A DNA stretch of 64,000 bases from Bacilli bacterium (lineage in GTDB: Bacteria; Bacillota_I; Bacilli_A; RF39; UBA660), in contig JAFYYX010000001.1 of NCBI GenBank assembly GCA_017548925.1, positions 30,829-94,828 of the forward strand, read 5' to 3'. Both the position numbers and the translations under genes were made by a program. Below, in pieces: positions 37,799 through 47,865 of the stretch. The notes beneath the pieces were generated by a model. The model searched no databases. It was not told the origin of the DNA and saw only the letters and a list, made by a program, of their open reading frames with translations. The stretch's first letter is position 1, and each line of letters begins with the position of its first letter.

Positions 37799-37814
37799 AT
37801 ATTACACCCCCATC

Positions 37815-39740
37815 CTAAATATCTACATCCGCATATCGTGCGTTTTCTTCAATAAATTGTCTTCTCGGTTCAACTTCTTCACCCATTAATTGAGAGAAGA
37901 TAGCATCTGCTTCAACTAAATCATCAACATTTATTCTTCTTAATACTCTAGTGTTGATATCCATAGTTGTTTCATATAGTTCATCATCGTCCATTTCACC
38001 AAGTCCTTTCATACGAGTAACTTCGGCTTTTGCACGATCTGATTCTTTAAGTGTATTTAAATATGCTTCTTTTTCTGCATCATCTAATACATATTTTCTT
38101 GTTTTACCATGCATTATTCTAAATAATGGTGGTTGAGCAGCATAAACATGTCCTGCTTCAACTATTGGTCTAAAATATCTAAAGAACAATGTTAATAATA
38201 ATACTCTAATATGAGATCCATCGACATCGGCATCGGTCATAATAATAATTTTGTCATATCTTAATTTAGATAAATCAAAATCAGCACCAATTCCTGTACC
38301 AAATGCAGTAATAATAGATCTAATTTCTTCATTAGATAAGGCTTTATCTAATCTTGCTTTTTCTACATTTAAAATTTTACCTCTTAAAGGAAGAATTGCT
38401 TGTGTCATTGAATCTCTACCTAATTTCGCAGATCCTCCGGCAGAATCTCCCTCGACTATGAATATTTCAGATTCACTTGGATCTTTACTTTTACAATCAG
38501 TTAATTTACCAAAGAAACTTCCAATTGATAAATCTGATTTTCTTGAAGCTTCTCTAGCTCTTTTAGCGGCATTTCTTGCTCTACAAGCTGAAATAGCTTT
38601 TTCTATAATTAATTTAGCTTCAGTTGGATTTTCCATTAGGAATCTTTCAAAACCTTGTGAAAATACGCTATCAGCTAATTTTCTTACTTCTGAGTTACCT
38701 AATCTACCTTTTGTTTGACCTTCAAACTGTGGATTTGGATGCTTACAAGAAACGATCATTGTTAATCCTTCTTTAACATCATCACCAGTTAAAGATTCAT
38801 CTTTTTCTTTTAAGATATTATTTTTTCTTGCATAACTATTAATTACTCTTGTTAAGGCACGTCTAACACCCTCTTCATGAGTACCACCATCATGTGTATT
38901 AATATTATTAACAAATGATAGTATATTATCTTGGTAAGTAGTGTTATATTGCATTGCAACTTCAAACATAACACCATCTTCTTCACCTTCTAGATGAATA
39001 ATATTTTCATGAATTGGAGTTTTTCCTTTATTTATAAATCTAACGTATTCAGAAATACCACCTTCATACATAAATGTTTCTCCAGTAGTATCTTCTTCAT
39101 CTCTATCATCTCTTAAATTAAGTGATAAACCTCTATTTAAGAAAGCAAGTTCCCTAGTTCTTACTTTTAAAGTATCATAATCATATATTTCTGAATCAAA
39201 TATTTCAGGATCTGGTTTAAAAGTTACTGTAGTACCAGTTCTATTAGGCTCACATGTACCAATTTCTGTAAGTGGTTGAACAGTTTTTCCACCATTTTCA
39301 AACTTACATTCGTAAATTTTTCCATCTTTATAAACTGTTACATTAACCCATTTGGATAGTGCGTTAACAACAGATGCACCTACACCATGTAGACCACCAG
39401 ATACTTTATATCCGCCTCCACCAAATTTACCACCGGCATGAAGTACAGTATATACTGTTTCTACTGTAGAAATACCAGTTTTTTTATGAATTTCAACAGG
39501 TATACCACGTCCATCATCTTTAACTGTAATTGAATTATCTTTGTTAATAATTATTTGAATATTTTTACAATATCCAGCTAATGCCTCATCTATTGAGTTA
39601 TCAACAATTTCCCATACTAGATGATGTAGTCCCTTAACATCAGTAGTACCAATATACATACCTGGTCTTTTACGAACAGCTTCAAGACCCTCTAAAACTT
39701 GAATATCATTAGCATCATAATGTGTTTCTTCGTTTTTCAT
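37815..39740 (-). CDS. gyrB: DNA gyrase subunit B
   Basis: GHKL ATPase motifs, Toprim EGDSAGG and a [12 protein letters not shown] motif. Confidence 0.97.
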   Translation of the reverse strand: MKNEETHYDANDIQVLEGLEAVRKRPGMYIGTTDVKGLHHLVWEIVDNSIDEALAGYCKNIQIIINKDNSITVKDDGRGIPVEIHKKTGISTVETVYTVLHAGGKFGGGGYKVSGGLHGVGASVVNALSKWVNVTVYKDGKIYECKFENGGKTVQPLTEIGTCEPNRTGTTVTFKPDPEIFDSEIYDYDTLKVRTRELAFLNRGLSLNLRDDRDEEDTTGETFMYEGGISEYVRFINKGKTPIHENIIHLEGEEDGVMFEVAMQYNTTYQDNILSFVNNINTHDGGTHEEGVRRALTRVINSYARKNNILKEKDESLTGDDVKEGLTMIVSCKHPNPQFEGQTKGRLGNSEVRKLADSVFSQGFERFLMENPTEAKLIIEKAISACRARNAAKRAREASRKSDLSIGSFFGKLTDCKSKDPSESEIFIVEGDSAGGSAKLGRDSMTQAILPLRGKILNVEKARLDKALSNEEIRSIITAFGTGIGADFDLSKLRYDKIIIMTDADVDGSHIRVLLLTLFFRYFRPIVEAGHVYAAQPPLFRIMHGKTRKYVLDDAEKEAYLNTLKESDRAKAEVTRMKGLGEMDDDELYETTMDINTRVLRRINVDDLVEADAIFSQLMGEEVEPRRQFIEENARYADVDI

Positions 39741-39741
39741 T

Positions 39742-40827
39742 TCAATTTACCTCCACGTTGCTATTTTCTACCTTTATTACTTTTGCATTATTTAATATAT
39801 TTTCACTAAAATAATCAATACTTGTAGTAGTAATAAATGTTTGTACCTTCTCATCAAACATACCAATAATGTTATTTATTTTATTTTTATCTAGTTCACT
39901 AGATAAATCATCAAATATTAATATAGGATAATAACCTTTTTCTTTATTAACAATGTCTATTTCTGATAGTTTAAAAGCAATTATTGCGTTTTTTTGTTGT
40001 CCTTCAGAACCACAATCTTTTAAGGAATAACCATCAAGTTCAAATTCTAGATCATCTCTATGAATTCCAAATGTAGTTTTACCAAGTAACATATCTTTCT
40101 TTAAATATTGTTGATATTTTTTAAGTATGTTTTCTTTCTCATCTGCATAATCAGATACATATTTAATAGTTAAATCACCATATTCAAATATTTTTAAATA
40201 ATTTTTTGATATAGTTTCTGATACACTATTTATAAATTTTTTTCTTATCTCATATATTTTTATACCAAAATCAACCATTTTTTCTGTCATGATGTCTAAA
40301 TAATTTTTAGATAAAGTACCATTTATATACATTTCTTTTAAGTAGATATTACGTTGTTTTAAAATTTTATTATATCCATTTAAATAAAGTATATAGTTTC
40401 TATCTAACTGAGATAATTCTATATTTATAAATTTTCTTCTTAGCGCAGGTGATTCTTTTATAATTTTTAAATCATCAGGATTAAATAAAATCATAAATAT
40501 ATCAGCTACATAATCACTTAGTTTATCTATTTTATTATTATTAATTTTGACTTTTTTTTCGTGATTTTGAAGAATTAACTGATAATTTTTAGTACCATTA
40601 TTTATAATATTTGCTTCTACCTTTGAAACATTTTTATCTTTCATAATCATTAAATTATCATTGTTAGTTCTAAATGATTTAGTCAGTGAAAGCGCATAAA
40701 TAGCCTCGACTATGTTGGTTTTACCAGCACCATTCATACCATAAATAATATTAAGTTTTGGATTAAATTTTAAATTTAATGTTGAATAAGATCTAAAATT
40801 TAATAGTTTTAAATCATCAATTATCAT
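39742..40827 (-). CDS. recF: DNA replication and repair protein RecF
   Basis: Walker [13 protein letters not shown]-like signature and Walker B ([12 protein letters not shown]). Confidence 0.9.
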   Translation of the reverse strand: MIIDDLKLLNFRSYSTLNLKFNPKLNIIYGMNGAGKTNIVEAIYALSLTKSFRTNNDNLMIMKDKNVSKVEANIINNGTKNYQLILQNHEKKVKINNNKIDKLSDYVADIFMILFNPDDLKIIKESPALRRKFINIELSQLDRNYILYLNGYNKILKQRNIYLKEMYINGTLSKNYLDIMTEKMVDFGIKIYEIRKKFINSVSETISKNYLKIFEYGDLTIKYVSDYADEKENILKKYQQYLKKDMLLGKTTFGIHRDDLEFELDGYSLKDCGSEGQQKNAIIAFKLSEIDIVNKEKGYYPILIFDDLSSELDKNKINNIIGMFDEKVQTFITTTSIDYFSENILNNAKVIKVENSNVEVN

Positions 40828-40928
40828 AAAAACCTCTTTTTTAAGTCCATTTAAAAGATTTTGTGATTATGTGTACTCCTGTACATAAAATAATTATATC
40901 ATAAAATTAAGGTATTTAAAACAATATT

Positions 40929-41375
40929 TTATATTTTACGGTACCTAATAATGCTTTCTAATCTTGATGATCTTAGTATTTGATTATTAATTGTTTCATA
41001 TGAACAATTTAAATATATTTTATTATTATCTATAAACTCAATTTCTACCTTATTTTCAGGCATTTTTCTATAACTTTTAATATATTTATTTCTAATCCAT
41101 GAACATTCATTTAATCTACTAGATGTTGTAGGAAAAAAGATAATTTCATTACTTTCTTCTATAATTATTGGAACTTTGTGAGTAATTCCAGTTAATTTGT
41201 TAGTACCTTTTACTCTTCCATCATAACTAGAACCAAAATATTCACAACTATACTTAATAATTTTATTAGGTAATACATTATCTAATATAAACTTGTTATT
41301 TTTTTCATATACAATAGTTTTGTTACTATCATATATTAATGCAATTGTATTATTATTAATTTCATAATTTAACAT
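40929..41375 (-). CDS. comK: ComK-family protein (competence transcription factor homolog), short form
   Basis: CEYFGSSYDGRVKGT and THKVPIIIEESNEIIFFPTTSSRLNECSWI parallel B. subtilis ComK CRFFGSSYAGRKAGT and SHKPPIMVDPSNQIFLFPTLSSTRPQCGWI. 148 aa. Lacks the ComK C-terminal region of about 40 aa. Confidence 0.7.
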   Translation of the reverse strand: MLNYEINNNTIALIYDSNKTIVYEKNNKFILDNVLPNKIIKYSCEYFGSSYDGRVKGTNKLTGITHKVPIIIEESNEIIFFPTTSSRLNECSWIRNKYIKSYRKMPENKVEIEFIDNNKIYLNCSYETINNQILRSSRLESIIRYRKI

Positions 41376-41440
41376 AATATTTCCCCCTAGAAATAATTAT
41401 GTTATATCACATAAAAAGACTATATTTTGTCGAATATAGT

Positions 41441-42553
41441 CTAATATGTCTTAATTGGTAAAATTAATTGAATTAATGATTCATCATCAACTGATTTAAT
41501 AATAATTGGTTTAATATCACTGTTAAGTAAAATTAATATATCTTCATCTTTAAATGTTTTTAAAGCTTCTAACATATATTTAGAACTAAATGAAATTTCT
41601 AATTTTTCTTTATTATTACATTCAATGTTAATAGTTTCTTCTACTTTACCTATTTCAGATGCAAAAGAATTAATATTCATAATATTATCATTAACAATCA
41701 TTTTAATAATATTTTTATCTTTTGCTTGTGTTAAAAGTGCGGCTCTATCTACAGCAGCAGCAAATGTTGATAAGTTAGTTTTAATAATATATTTGAATTC
41801 AGTTGGTATTAAATTATTTGTATTAGGATAATTTCCAGCTAATAAATTAGTTTGAAAGAATATATTAGAATATTTAAATAATACTTTATTACTAAATATA
41901 TGAACTTCTACATCTTCATCATTTGGAAGTGTTTTTTCAAGTTCTATTACATTTTTACCAGGCAAAATAATATTTACTTCACCATTAAATTTCACTGAAT
42001 CTGTTTTTTTGGCAAGTCTATATGAATCTGTTGCAACACATTCTAAATTATCTGCCATAATTTTTAAATTTAAACCTGTTAGAAGTGGTCTTAATTCTTG
42101 AGTAGATATTGCAAATATAGTTTGATGAATAATTTCTTTTAATTTGTTACTATTAATAACTAATGGATCTTTACTTTCTTCTATTTTAATTGTTGGATAT
42201 TCACTTGGATCCATACAATTTAAATTATAATTGTTAGTATCAGTAAATATCTTTATTTTAAATCCATCTAATACTTCAAAATCAATTATATCATTAGGCA
42301 TTTTTCTAATTATATCTAATAAATATTTACTTTGAACAATAATAGTTCCTTCTTTATCTATATTTTTAATATCTTCTTTTTTTATTAATTGTTTAATATT
42401 TAGTTCACTATCACTTGCTGTTAAATATAATCCATCTTTATTAAGTTCAAATTTAATACCATTTAATATAGGTATTATGTTTCTCATTGATATTGCTTTA
42501 CTTACATTATTTAAAGCTTCTAATATAACATTCTTTTCAATTGTAAATTTCAT
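41441..42553 (-). CDS. dnaN: DNA polymerase III beta sliding clamp
   Basis: 370 aa with three-domain clamp architecture. Synteny dnaA-dnaN. Confidence 0.95.
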   Translation of the reverse strand: MKFTIEKNVILEALNNVSKAISMRNIIPILNGIKFELNKDGLYLTASDSELNIKQLIKKEDIKNIDKEGTIIVQSKYLLDIIRKMPNDIIDFEVLDGFKIKIFTDTNNYNLNCMDPSEYPTIKIEESKDPLVINSNKLKEIIHQTIFAISTQELRPLLTGLNLKIMADNLECVATDSYRLAKKTDSVKFNGEVNIILPGKNVIELEKTLPNDEDVEVHIFSNKVLFKYSNIFFQTNLLAGNYPNTNNLIPTEFKYIIKTNLSTFAAAVDRAALLTQAKDKNIIKMIVNDNIMNINSFASEIGKVEETINIECNNKEKLEISFSSKYMLEALKTFKDEDILILLNSDIKPIIIKSVDDESLIQLILPIKTY

Positions 42554-42671
42554 TCTATATCCTTCTTTCTTTTAATAGTTTTATTAATAAGGTTAATAAT
42601 GTTTATAACTTAAATTTTTCTTTATTTTAAAAGAAATATTCATGTTTATAAGTTTAAAATTATTAACTAAA

Positions 42672-44021
42672 TTATAAACTAGATTTAATTTTATTAATTG
42701 TATCAACTAATTCAATATCACTTTTTATTTCTTTATCAATCTTATCACAAGCAAATATAACTGTTGAATGATCTCTACCACCAAATTCTAAACCTATTCT
42801 TTCAAGGGTTTCATCTGTTTCCATCTTACATAGATACATAGCAATTTGACGTGGATAAGCAATATTATTTGTTCTTTTCTTACCTTTCATATCATCAACT
42901 GTTATTTTAAAGTAATCAGCTACTATTTTTTGTATTTTAGATATACTACTTTCAACATATACATTTTTATTAACAAAATCTTTTAATGATTCTATTGCAA
43001 ATTCAAGAGTTATTTTTTCAGGTACATATATAGCAGTACATGCTGTTAATCTATTTATTGTTCCTTCAATATGTCTTACATCTGATGGACATGCATTTGC
43101 AATATATTCAATAACATCTTCATCAATTTTATTTTCAATTGATGTATTTTTAATTTTTTCTTTAATAATTCTACATCTAAGTTCAAAATCAGGTGGATAT
43201 ATATCAACAGGTAATCCCCACATAAATCTTGATCTTAATCTTTCTTCTAATTTTTTCAAATCATCTGGTGATCTATCAGAAGAAATAATAATTTGTTTGT
43301 TAGTTTTATGTAGATAATTAAATGTATTAAAAAATTCTTGTTGAGTTTTTTCAGCACCTACTAAAAATTGAATATCATCTATAATAAGTACATCTACATT
43401 TCTATATTTACTTTTAAACTGATTAGCATAATCAATTGTATTACTATTTTTACTAACATCTGCAATACCAGTAAAATCATTCATAAACTCATCACTTGTT
43501 ACATATAAAACTTTTTTATTACTGTTTTTCATAATAAAGTTTCCTATAGCATGCATCAAATGAGTTTTACCAAGTCCACTTTTTCCATATATAAATAATG
43601 GATTATGAATAGTTCCTGGAGCTTCGGCAACAGCACTTGCTGCTATAAAAGCTAGTTTATTTGAAGCACCAACAACAAAATTTTCAAATGTTAAATTAGG
43701 ATTTAAATTAGATTTCCATTCAAGTTCATTATCTATATCATTATTAACACTATCTATAAAGTTATTTTCACCAGCAAGAATAAAGTTGATGTCATATTCT
43801 ATTCCTGTTAATGAAAGAAATATGTTTTGAATAATATTATAATATGTAGTTCCAAGTATTGTTTTATGAGTTGGCATCGGTACTTGAATAGTAATATTTT
43901 TGTTATCCATATGAACCAGTTTTAAGTCTTTAAACCAAACTTGATAAGAAGTAATATTAACTTGTTTTTGTACTTCTTCAAGAAAGCTTGACCATACGGT
44001 TTCAATTTTCAACCTTATCAC
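42672..44021 (-). CDS. dnaA: Chromosomal replication initiator protein DnaA
   Basis: AAA+ Walker A GKSGLGKTHL, sensor motifs, C-terminal HTH (DHSTV). Confidence 0.97.
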   Translation of the reverse strand: MIRLKIETVWSSFLEEVQKQVNITSYQVWFKDLKLVHMDNKNITIQVPMPTHKTILGTTYYNIIQNIFLSLTGIEYDINFILAGENNFIDSVNNDIDNELEWKSNLNPNLTFENFVVGASNKLAFIAASAVAEAPGTIHNPLFIYGKSGLGKTHLMHAIGNFIMKNSNKKVLYVTSDEFMNDFTGIADVSKNSNTIDYANQFKSKYRNVDVLIIDDIQFLVGAEKTQQEFFNTFNYLHKTNKQIIISSDRSPDDLKKLEERLRSRFMWGLPVDIYPPDFELRCRIIKEKIKNTSIENKIDEDVIEYIANACPSDVRHIEGTINRLTACTAIYVPEKITLEFAIESLKDFVNKNVYVESSISKIQKIVADYFKITVDDMKGKKRTNNIAYPRQIAMYLCKMETDETLERIGLEFGGRDHSTVIFACDKIDKEIKSDIELVDTINKIKSSL

Positions 44022-44153
44022 CCCACCAACTATATAACGATTAAAATTATTTTAAACCAATTGTTAGTAAAATAAAAGAAAAAAATAAGTAAGAAAAATT
44101 ACTAACATCAGTTATTAACAAACAATTTTCGGTAGAATTTATTATAAAACAAG

Positions 44154-44171
44154 TTATCCACATTATCCACA
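44154..44171 (+). promoter_or_regulatory. Two tandem perfect DnaA boxes (TTATCCACA-TTATCCACA)
   Basis: Exact match to the DnaA box consensus TTATNCACA, twice in head-to-tail arrangement. Confidence 0.8.
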
Positions 44172-44260
44172 ATTTTTAATTTTTTTAATAAACAATTAAC
44201 AATTGATAAAAAATAGTTATCAACAATAATGTTAATAACTAAGTTTTCTTAGGTTTTTCC

Positions 44261-44290
44261 TTGACTTTATAATGTTTATAATATTATAAT
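44261..44290 (+). promoter_or_regulatory. rpmH promoter (TTGACT-17/18-TATAAT)
   Basis: Consensus-like -35 and -10 elements about 35 nt upstream of the rpmH ATG. Confidence 0.55.
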
Positions 44291-44323
44291 ATACACGCTT
44301 AGTTAGTTTTGGAGGTGTGAATT

Positions 44324-44455
44324 ATGAAGGCAATGGGATGTACTTATCAACCAAATAATAGAAAAATGAAAAAGAAACAAGGATTTTTTGCTAGAACTGA
44401 ATCTAAAATTTTAAAAACTCGTCGTGCAAAAGGTCGTAAGAGACTTACAAAATAA
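44324..44455 (+). CDS. rpmH: 50S ribosomal protein L34
   Basis: MKAMGCTYQPNNRKMKKKQGFFARTESKILKTRRAKGRKRLTK. The TYQPNNRK...RRAKGRKRL core is L34. Not in the ORF track. SD GGAGGTG lies upstream. Confidence 0.85.
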   Translation: MKAMGCTYQPNNRKMKKKQGFFARTESKILKTRRAKGRKRLTK

Positions 44456-44465
44456 CCACTAGTAT

Positions 44466-44831
44466 GTGGTTTTTTTAAAATTAAAATATAGAAAGGGTGA
44501 TATTGTGAAAAATAATTATATTATAAAGAAACATGAAGAGTTTAATAATATTATTCAAAATGGTAAAAGATTAAAAGGTAATATAGTTACTATTTACTAT
44601 CATCCATCTGAAGATAATAAAAAATATTTTGGTTTTGCTGTTGGAAAGAAAAATGGAAACGCAGTAACTCGAAATTTTATAAAAAGAAGACTTAGAATGC
44701 TAGTTTCTACAAACCAAAATTTATTTTCAAACAAATATAAATATATTATAATGGTAGGGAAGGGCGCATTAAACTATCCTTATAATATATGGAATCAAGA
44801 TTTAGTGCAGTTAATAGGAAAGGTTGAATAA
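44466..44831 (+). CDS. rnpA: Ribonuclease P protein component
   Basis: IKKHEEFNNIIQNGKRLKGNIVTIYYHP...RNFIKRRLR motif. The true start may be the GTG at 44505, which is preceded by AAAGGGTGA. Confidence 0.8.
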   Translation: MVFLKLKYRKGDIVKNNYIIKKHEEFNNIIQNGKRLKGNIVTIYYHPSEDNKKYFGFAVGKKNGNAVTRNFIKRRLRMLVSTNQNLFSNKYKYIIMVGKGALNYPYNIWNQDLVQLIGKVE

Positions 44832-45831
44832 AATGAAAAAATTTAGAGCAATATTAGTAGTACTTGTAGTTTTATTAACAACTGGTTGTGGATCTGCAAT
44901 CAAGGATGAAAATAAAAAATTAGTTGTATATAAGGAAACAGGTCAATCAATACAAAATAATATTTTATGTAGACCAACAAATAAGAAATTACTAGAATTA
45001 TATAGTAAATATGATAAACAATTAAAAGTATCTCTTAAAAAATTACCTGAATGTAAGAACTTTAAAGTTACTTCAAATAAAAGTTCAGGAATATGGGAAT
45101 TTATATTTGTTAAACCTCTTGCTTATTTAATCTTAAAATTAGGTTACGCTATTAAAAACTTCGGTTTATCTGTAATGATTATTGGTATTTTAATTAGAGT
45201 AATATTATTACCATTCTCAAAGAAAAGCCAATTACAAGCTGAAAATATGAAAAAGGCTACACCAGAGATTCAAAGACTTGAAGTTAAATATAAAGATAAA
45301 ACAGATCGTGAATCTATGATGCAAAAGAGTCAAGAAACAATGTTAATTTACAAAAAATATGGAATTAATCCTATTTCAGGATGTTTACTTGCATTTATAC
45401 AATTACCTTTATTCTTTGGATTCTTACAAGCAATTAATAGAGTTCCAGCAATTTTTGAAGGAAAATTCTTAAATTTATCTTTAGGTATGACTCCTTCAAC
45501 TGGTATATCAAAAGGAAACTATGTTTATATAATATTAATCGTATTAGTTATCTTAACAACATATTATTCATTTAAAAAATCACTTGCACAAACAGCATCT
45601 GCTCAACCTAATCAAGGAAAATCAATGTTAATTATGATGCTTGTAATGATTTTTGTTGCATCATTTAGTTTACCAACTGCAATTGCGTTATATTGGATTT
45701 CAACAAATGCATTTATAGTTGCTCAAACATATATAATGGAAAAAAGTATAGCTAATAAAGATAATAAAAAGGGTAAAACTAAAACTAAAATTTCTATTAA
45801 AGAAAAATCAGAAAAAAGAAGAGGTAATTAA
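44824..45831 (+). CDS. yidC: Membrane protein insertase YidC/SpoIIIJ (lipoprotein type)
   Basis: Lipobox LTTGC. 5-TM 60-kDa-IMP core. Basic C-terminal tail. Confidence 0.85.
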   Translation: MNKMKKFRAILVVLVVLLTTGCGSAIKDENKKLVVYKETGQSIQNNILCRPTNKKLLELYSKYDKQLKVSLKKLPECKNFKVTSNKSSGIWEFIFVKPLAYLILKLGYAIKNFGLSVMIIGILIRVILLPFSKKSQLQAENMKKATPEIQRLEVKYKDKTDRESMMQKSQETMLIYKKYGINPISGCLLAFIQLPLFFGFLQAINRVPAIFEGKFLNLSLGMTPSTGISKGNYVYIILIVLVILTTYYSFKKSLAQTASAQPNQGKSMLIMMLVMIFVASFSLPTAIALYWISTNAFIVAQTYIMEKSIANKDNKKGKTKTKISIKEKSEKRRGN

Positions 45832-45833
45832 TA

Positions 45834-46442
45834 ATGAAATGTAGTTCATTTACAGCAAAGACATTAGAAGAAGCTTTAGAAGAAGCAAATACAAGTTTAA
45901 ATTTAACTGATGAAGATTTTGTTTATAGTTATGAAGAAACAAAAGGTAAATTATTTAAAGCTGGAAGCTTTAATGTTAGTGTTTATACATTAACTGATAT
46001 TTGTTCTTATCTTAAAGATTATTTAAAAAAATTAACTTCTGATATGGGAATAGAAGTTAACTTTGAATCTAAGATAAGAGAAAAAACAATAGAAATTAAA
46101 ATGATTTCAGATAATAACCCCATACTTATTGGTAGAAATGGACAAACATTAAAAGCACTAGAGTGCATTTTAATGCAAGTTGTAAGTAAAGAAACATCTA
46201 AACATGTTAGAGTAGCACTAGATGTTGAAGGTTATAAAGAAAAACAAATTAAACGTCTTGAAAGATTAGCTATTAATCTTGCAAAAGATTGTGTTAGAAC
46301 TAAAACTGATGTTCATATGGAAGCAATGAATGCATATGAAAGAAGAATAGTTCATAACAAACTTACTGATTTTAAAGGTGTTAAAACTGAAAGTATTGGC
46401 GAAGAACCAAATCGTCATTTAGTAATAAAATACGTTAAATAA
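45834..46442 (+). CDS. jag: Jag/KhpB RNA-binding protein (KH plus R3H)
   Basis: Synteny yidC-jag. C-terminal R3H-like HNKLTDFKGVKTESIGEEPNRHLVI. Confidence 0.8.
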   Translation: MKCSSFTAKTLEEALEEANTSLNLTDEDFVYSYEETKGKLFKAGSFNVSVYTLTDICSYLKDYLKKLTSDMGIEVNFESKIREKTIEIKMISDNNPILIGRNGQTLKALECILMQVVSKETSKHVRVALDVEGYKEKQIKRLERLAINLAKDCVRTKTDVHMEAMNAYERRIVHNKLTDFKGVKTESIGEEPNRHLVIKYVK

Positions 46443-46486
46443 GATATTTCCCAGGAAATATCTTTTTATGTTAGAAAGGTGATTTT

Positions 46487-47848
46487 ATGGAAGATACAAT
46501 ATGTGCAATATCTACTTCTAAGGGAGTAGGGGCTATATCTATTATTAGAGTTAGTGGTAGTGATGCTATAGAAATAGTAAATAAAATATTTAGTGGTAAA
46601 GATCTAACTAAAGTTGATTCTCATACTATAAATTATGGTCATATTGAATATAAAGGTGAAGTAATAGATGAAGTATTAGTATCTATTATGAAAGGACCTA
46701 AAACATTTACTACTGAAGATACTGTAGAAATAAATACTCACGGTGGTATTGCTCCAACTAATAAAGTATTAGAAATACTTCTTGAAATAGGTTGTAGACT
46801 TGCTGAACCAGGAGAATTTACTAAAAGAGCATTCTTAAATGGAAGAATAGATCTTTTAGAAGCTGAAGCTGTTATGGATATGATTGATTCAAAAACAGAA
46901 ATTCAAAGAAAAATGGCTACTAATCAAATTAGTGGTAAAACATCAAGTTTGATTAATGAACTTAGAGATGATATGGTTCAAATTATATCTAATATTAATG
47001 TTAATATTGATTATCCTGAATATGATGATGTTGATATCATCACAAATGATGTACTTTTACCTAAAATTACTAAATTAAAAGAAAAAATTACCAAGATATT
47101 AGAAGAATCTAAAAATGGTAAGTTAATTAAAGAAGGTATTAAAACTTCAATAATTGGTAGACCTAATGTTGGTAAGAGTAGCTTACTTAATGCTTTACTT
47201 GAAGAAGATAAAGCAATAGTTACCGATATTGCCGGTACCACAAGAGATATAGTTGAAGGACAAATATCAATAAATGGTATTTTACTAAACATTATTGATA
47301 CAGCAGGAATAAGAAATACTGAAGATATGATTGAAGCTATAGGTGTAGAAAAAAGTTTAAAAACTATGGAAGAATCAGATTTAGTATTATTCATGCTTAA
47401 TAATAATGAAGTAATTACTGATGATATAAAAGAATTAATATCTAAGATTAAAGATAAAGAATATTTAGTACTTATTAACAAAACAGATCTTGAATCTAAA
47501 CTTGATTTAAATAGTATTAATATTGATAAAAATAGGGTAGTATACCTAAGTATTATTAATAATGAAGGTATTGATGAACTTAAAAATAAAATATCTGAAA
47601 TATTTAATATAAGTAATATTACTTCAACTGATCCAACTTATTTAAATAATGCAAGAAGCATTAGTATTTTAAATAAATGTTTAGATAAAGTAGGGGAAGT
47701 AGAAGAAGCAGTAAAAAACAATATGCCTATAGATATGATAGAACTTGATATTAAATCTATTTGGGAAGAACTAGGAACTATTAACGGTAGTACCTATGAA
47801 GAAGAATTATTAGACGAAATGTTTAAAAGATTTTGTCTTGGAAAATAA
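46487..47848 (+). CDS. mnmE: tRNA modification GTPase MnmE
   Basis: G-domain GRPNVGKSSLLN, DTAG and C-terminal CxGK (FCLGK). Confidence 0.95.
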   Translation: MEDTICAISTSKGVGAISIIRVSGSDAIEIVNKIFSGKDLTKVDSHTINYGHIEYKGEVIDEVLVSIMKGPKTFTTEDTVEINTHGGIAPTNKVLEILLEIGCRLAEPGEFTKRAFLNGRIDLLEAEAVMDMIDSKTEIQRKMATNQISGKTSSLINELRDDMVQIISNINVNIDYPEYDDVDIITNDVLLPKITKLKEKITKILEESKNGKLIKEGIKTSIIGRPNVGKSSLLNALLEEDKAIVTDIAGTTRDIVEGQISINGILLNIIDTAGIRNTEDMIEAIGVEKSLKTMEESDLVLFMLNNNEVITDDIKELISKIKDKEYLVLINKTDLESKLDLNSINIDKNRVVYLSIINNEGIDELKNKISEIFNISNITSTDPTYLNNARSISILNKCLDKVGEVEEAVKNNMPIDMIELDIKSIWEELGTINGSTYEEELLDEMFKRFCLGK

Positions 47849-47865
47849 AAAAGAAGGTGAAATGT

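Larger units (their letters stand above)
44022..44323. other. oriC: oriC region (dnaA-upstream DnaA-box cluster plus AT-rich unwinding region)
   Basis: Intergenic region between divergent dnaA and rpmH. Two perfect adjacent TTATCCACA boxes lie at 44154-44171. One-mismatch and two-mismatch boxes lie at 44216-44224 and 44111-44119. Flanked by almost pure A/T tracts. Confidence 0.75.

Noticed and set aside
42554-42671. DnaA-box cluster in the dnaA-dnaN spacer
   Set aside because: Only 7/9 matches (TTATAAACA x2). Not convincing without a relaxed-matrix scan. Kept only as a remark under oriC.
47011-47481. 156-aa minus-strand ORF inside mnmE (similar ones lie inside murA 60605..61105, noc 50944..51270 and gyrA 35372..35870)
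   Set aside because: Antisense to highly conserved housekeeping genes. Compositionally biased. No RBS.
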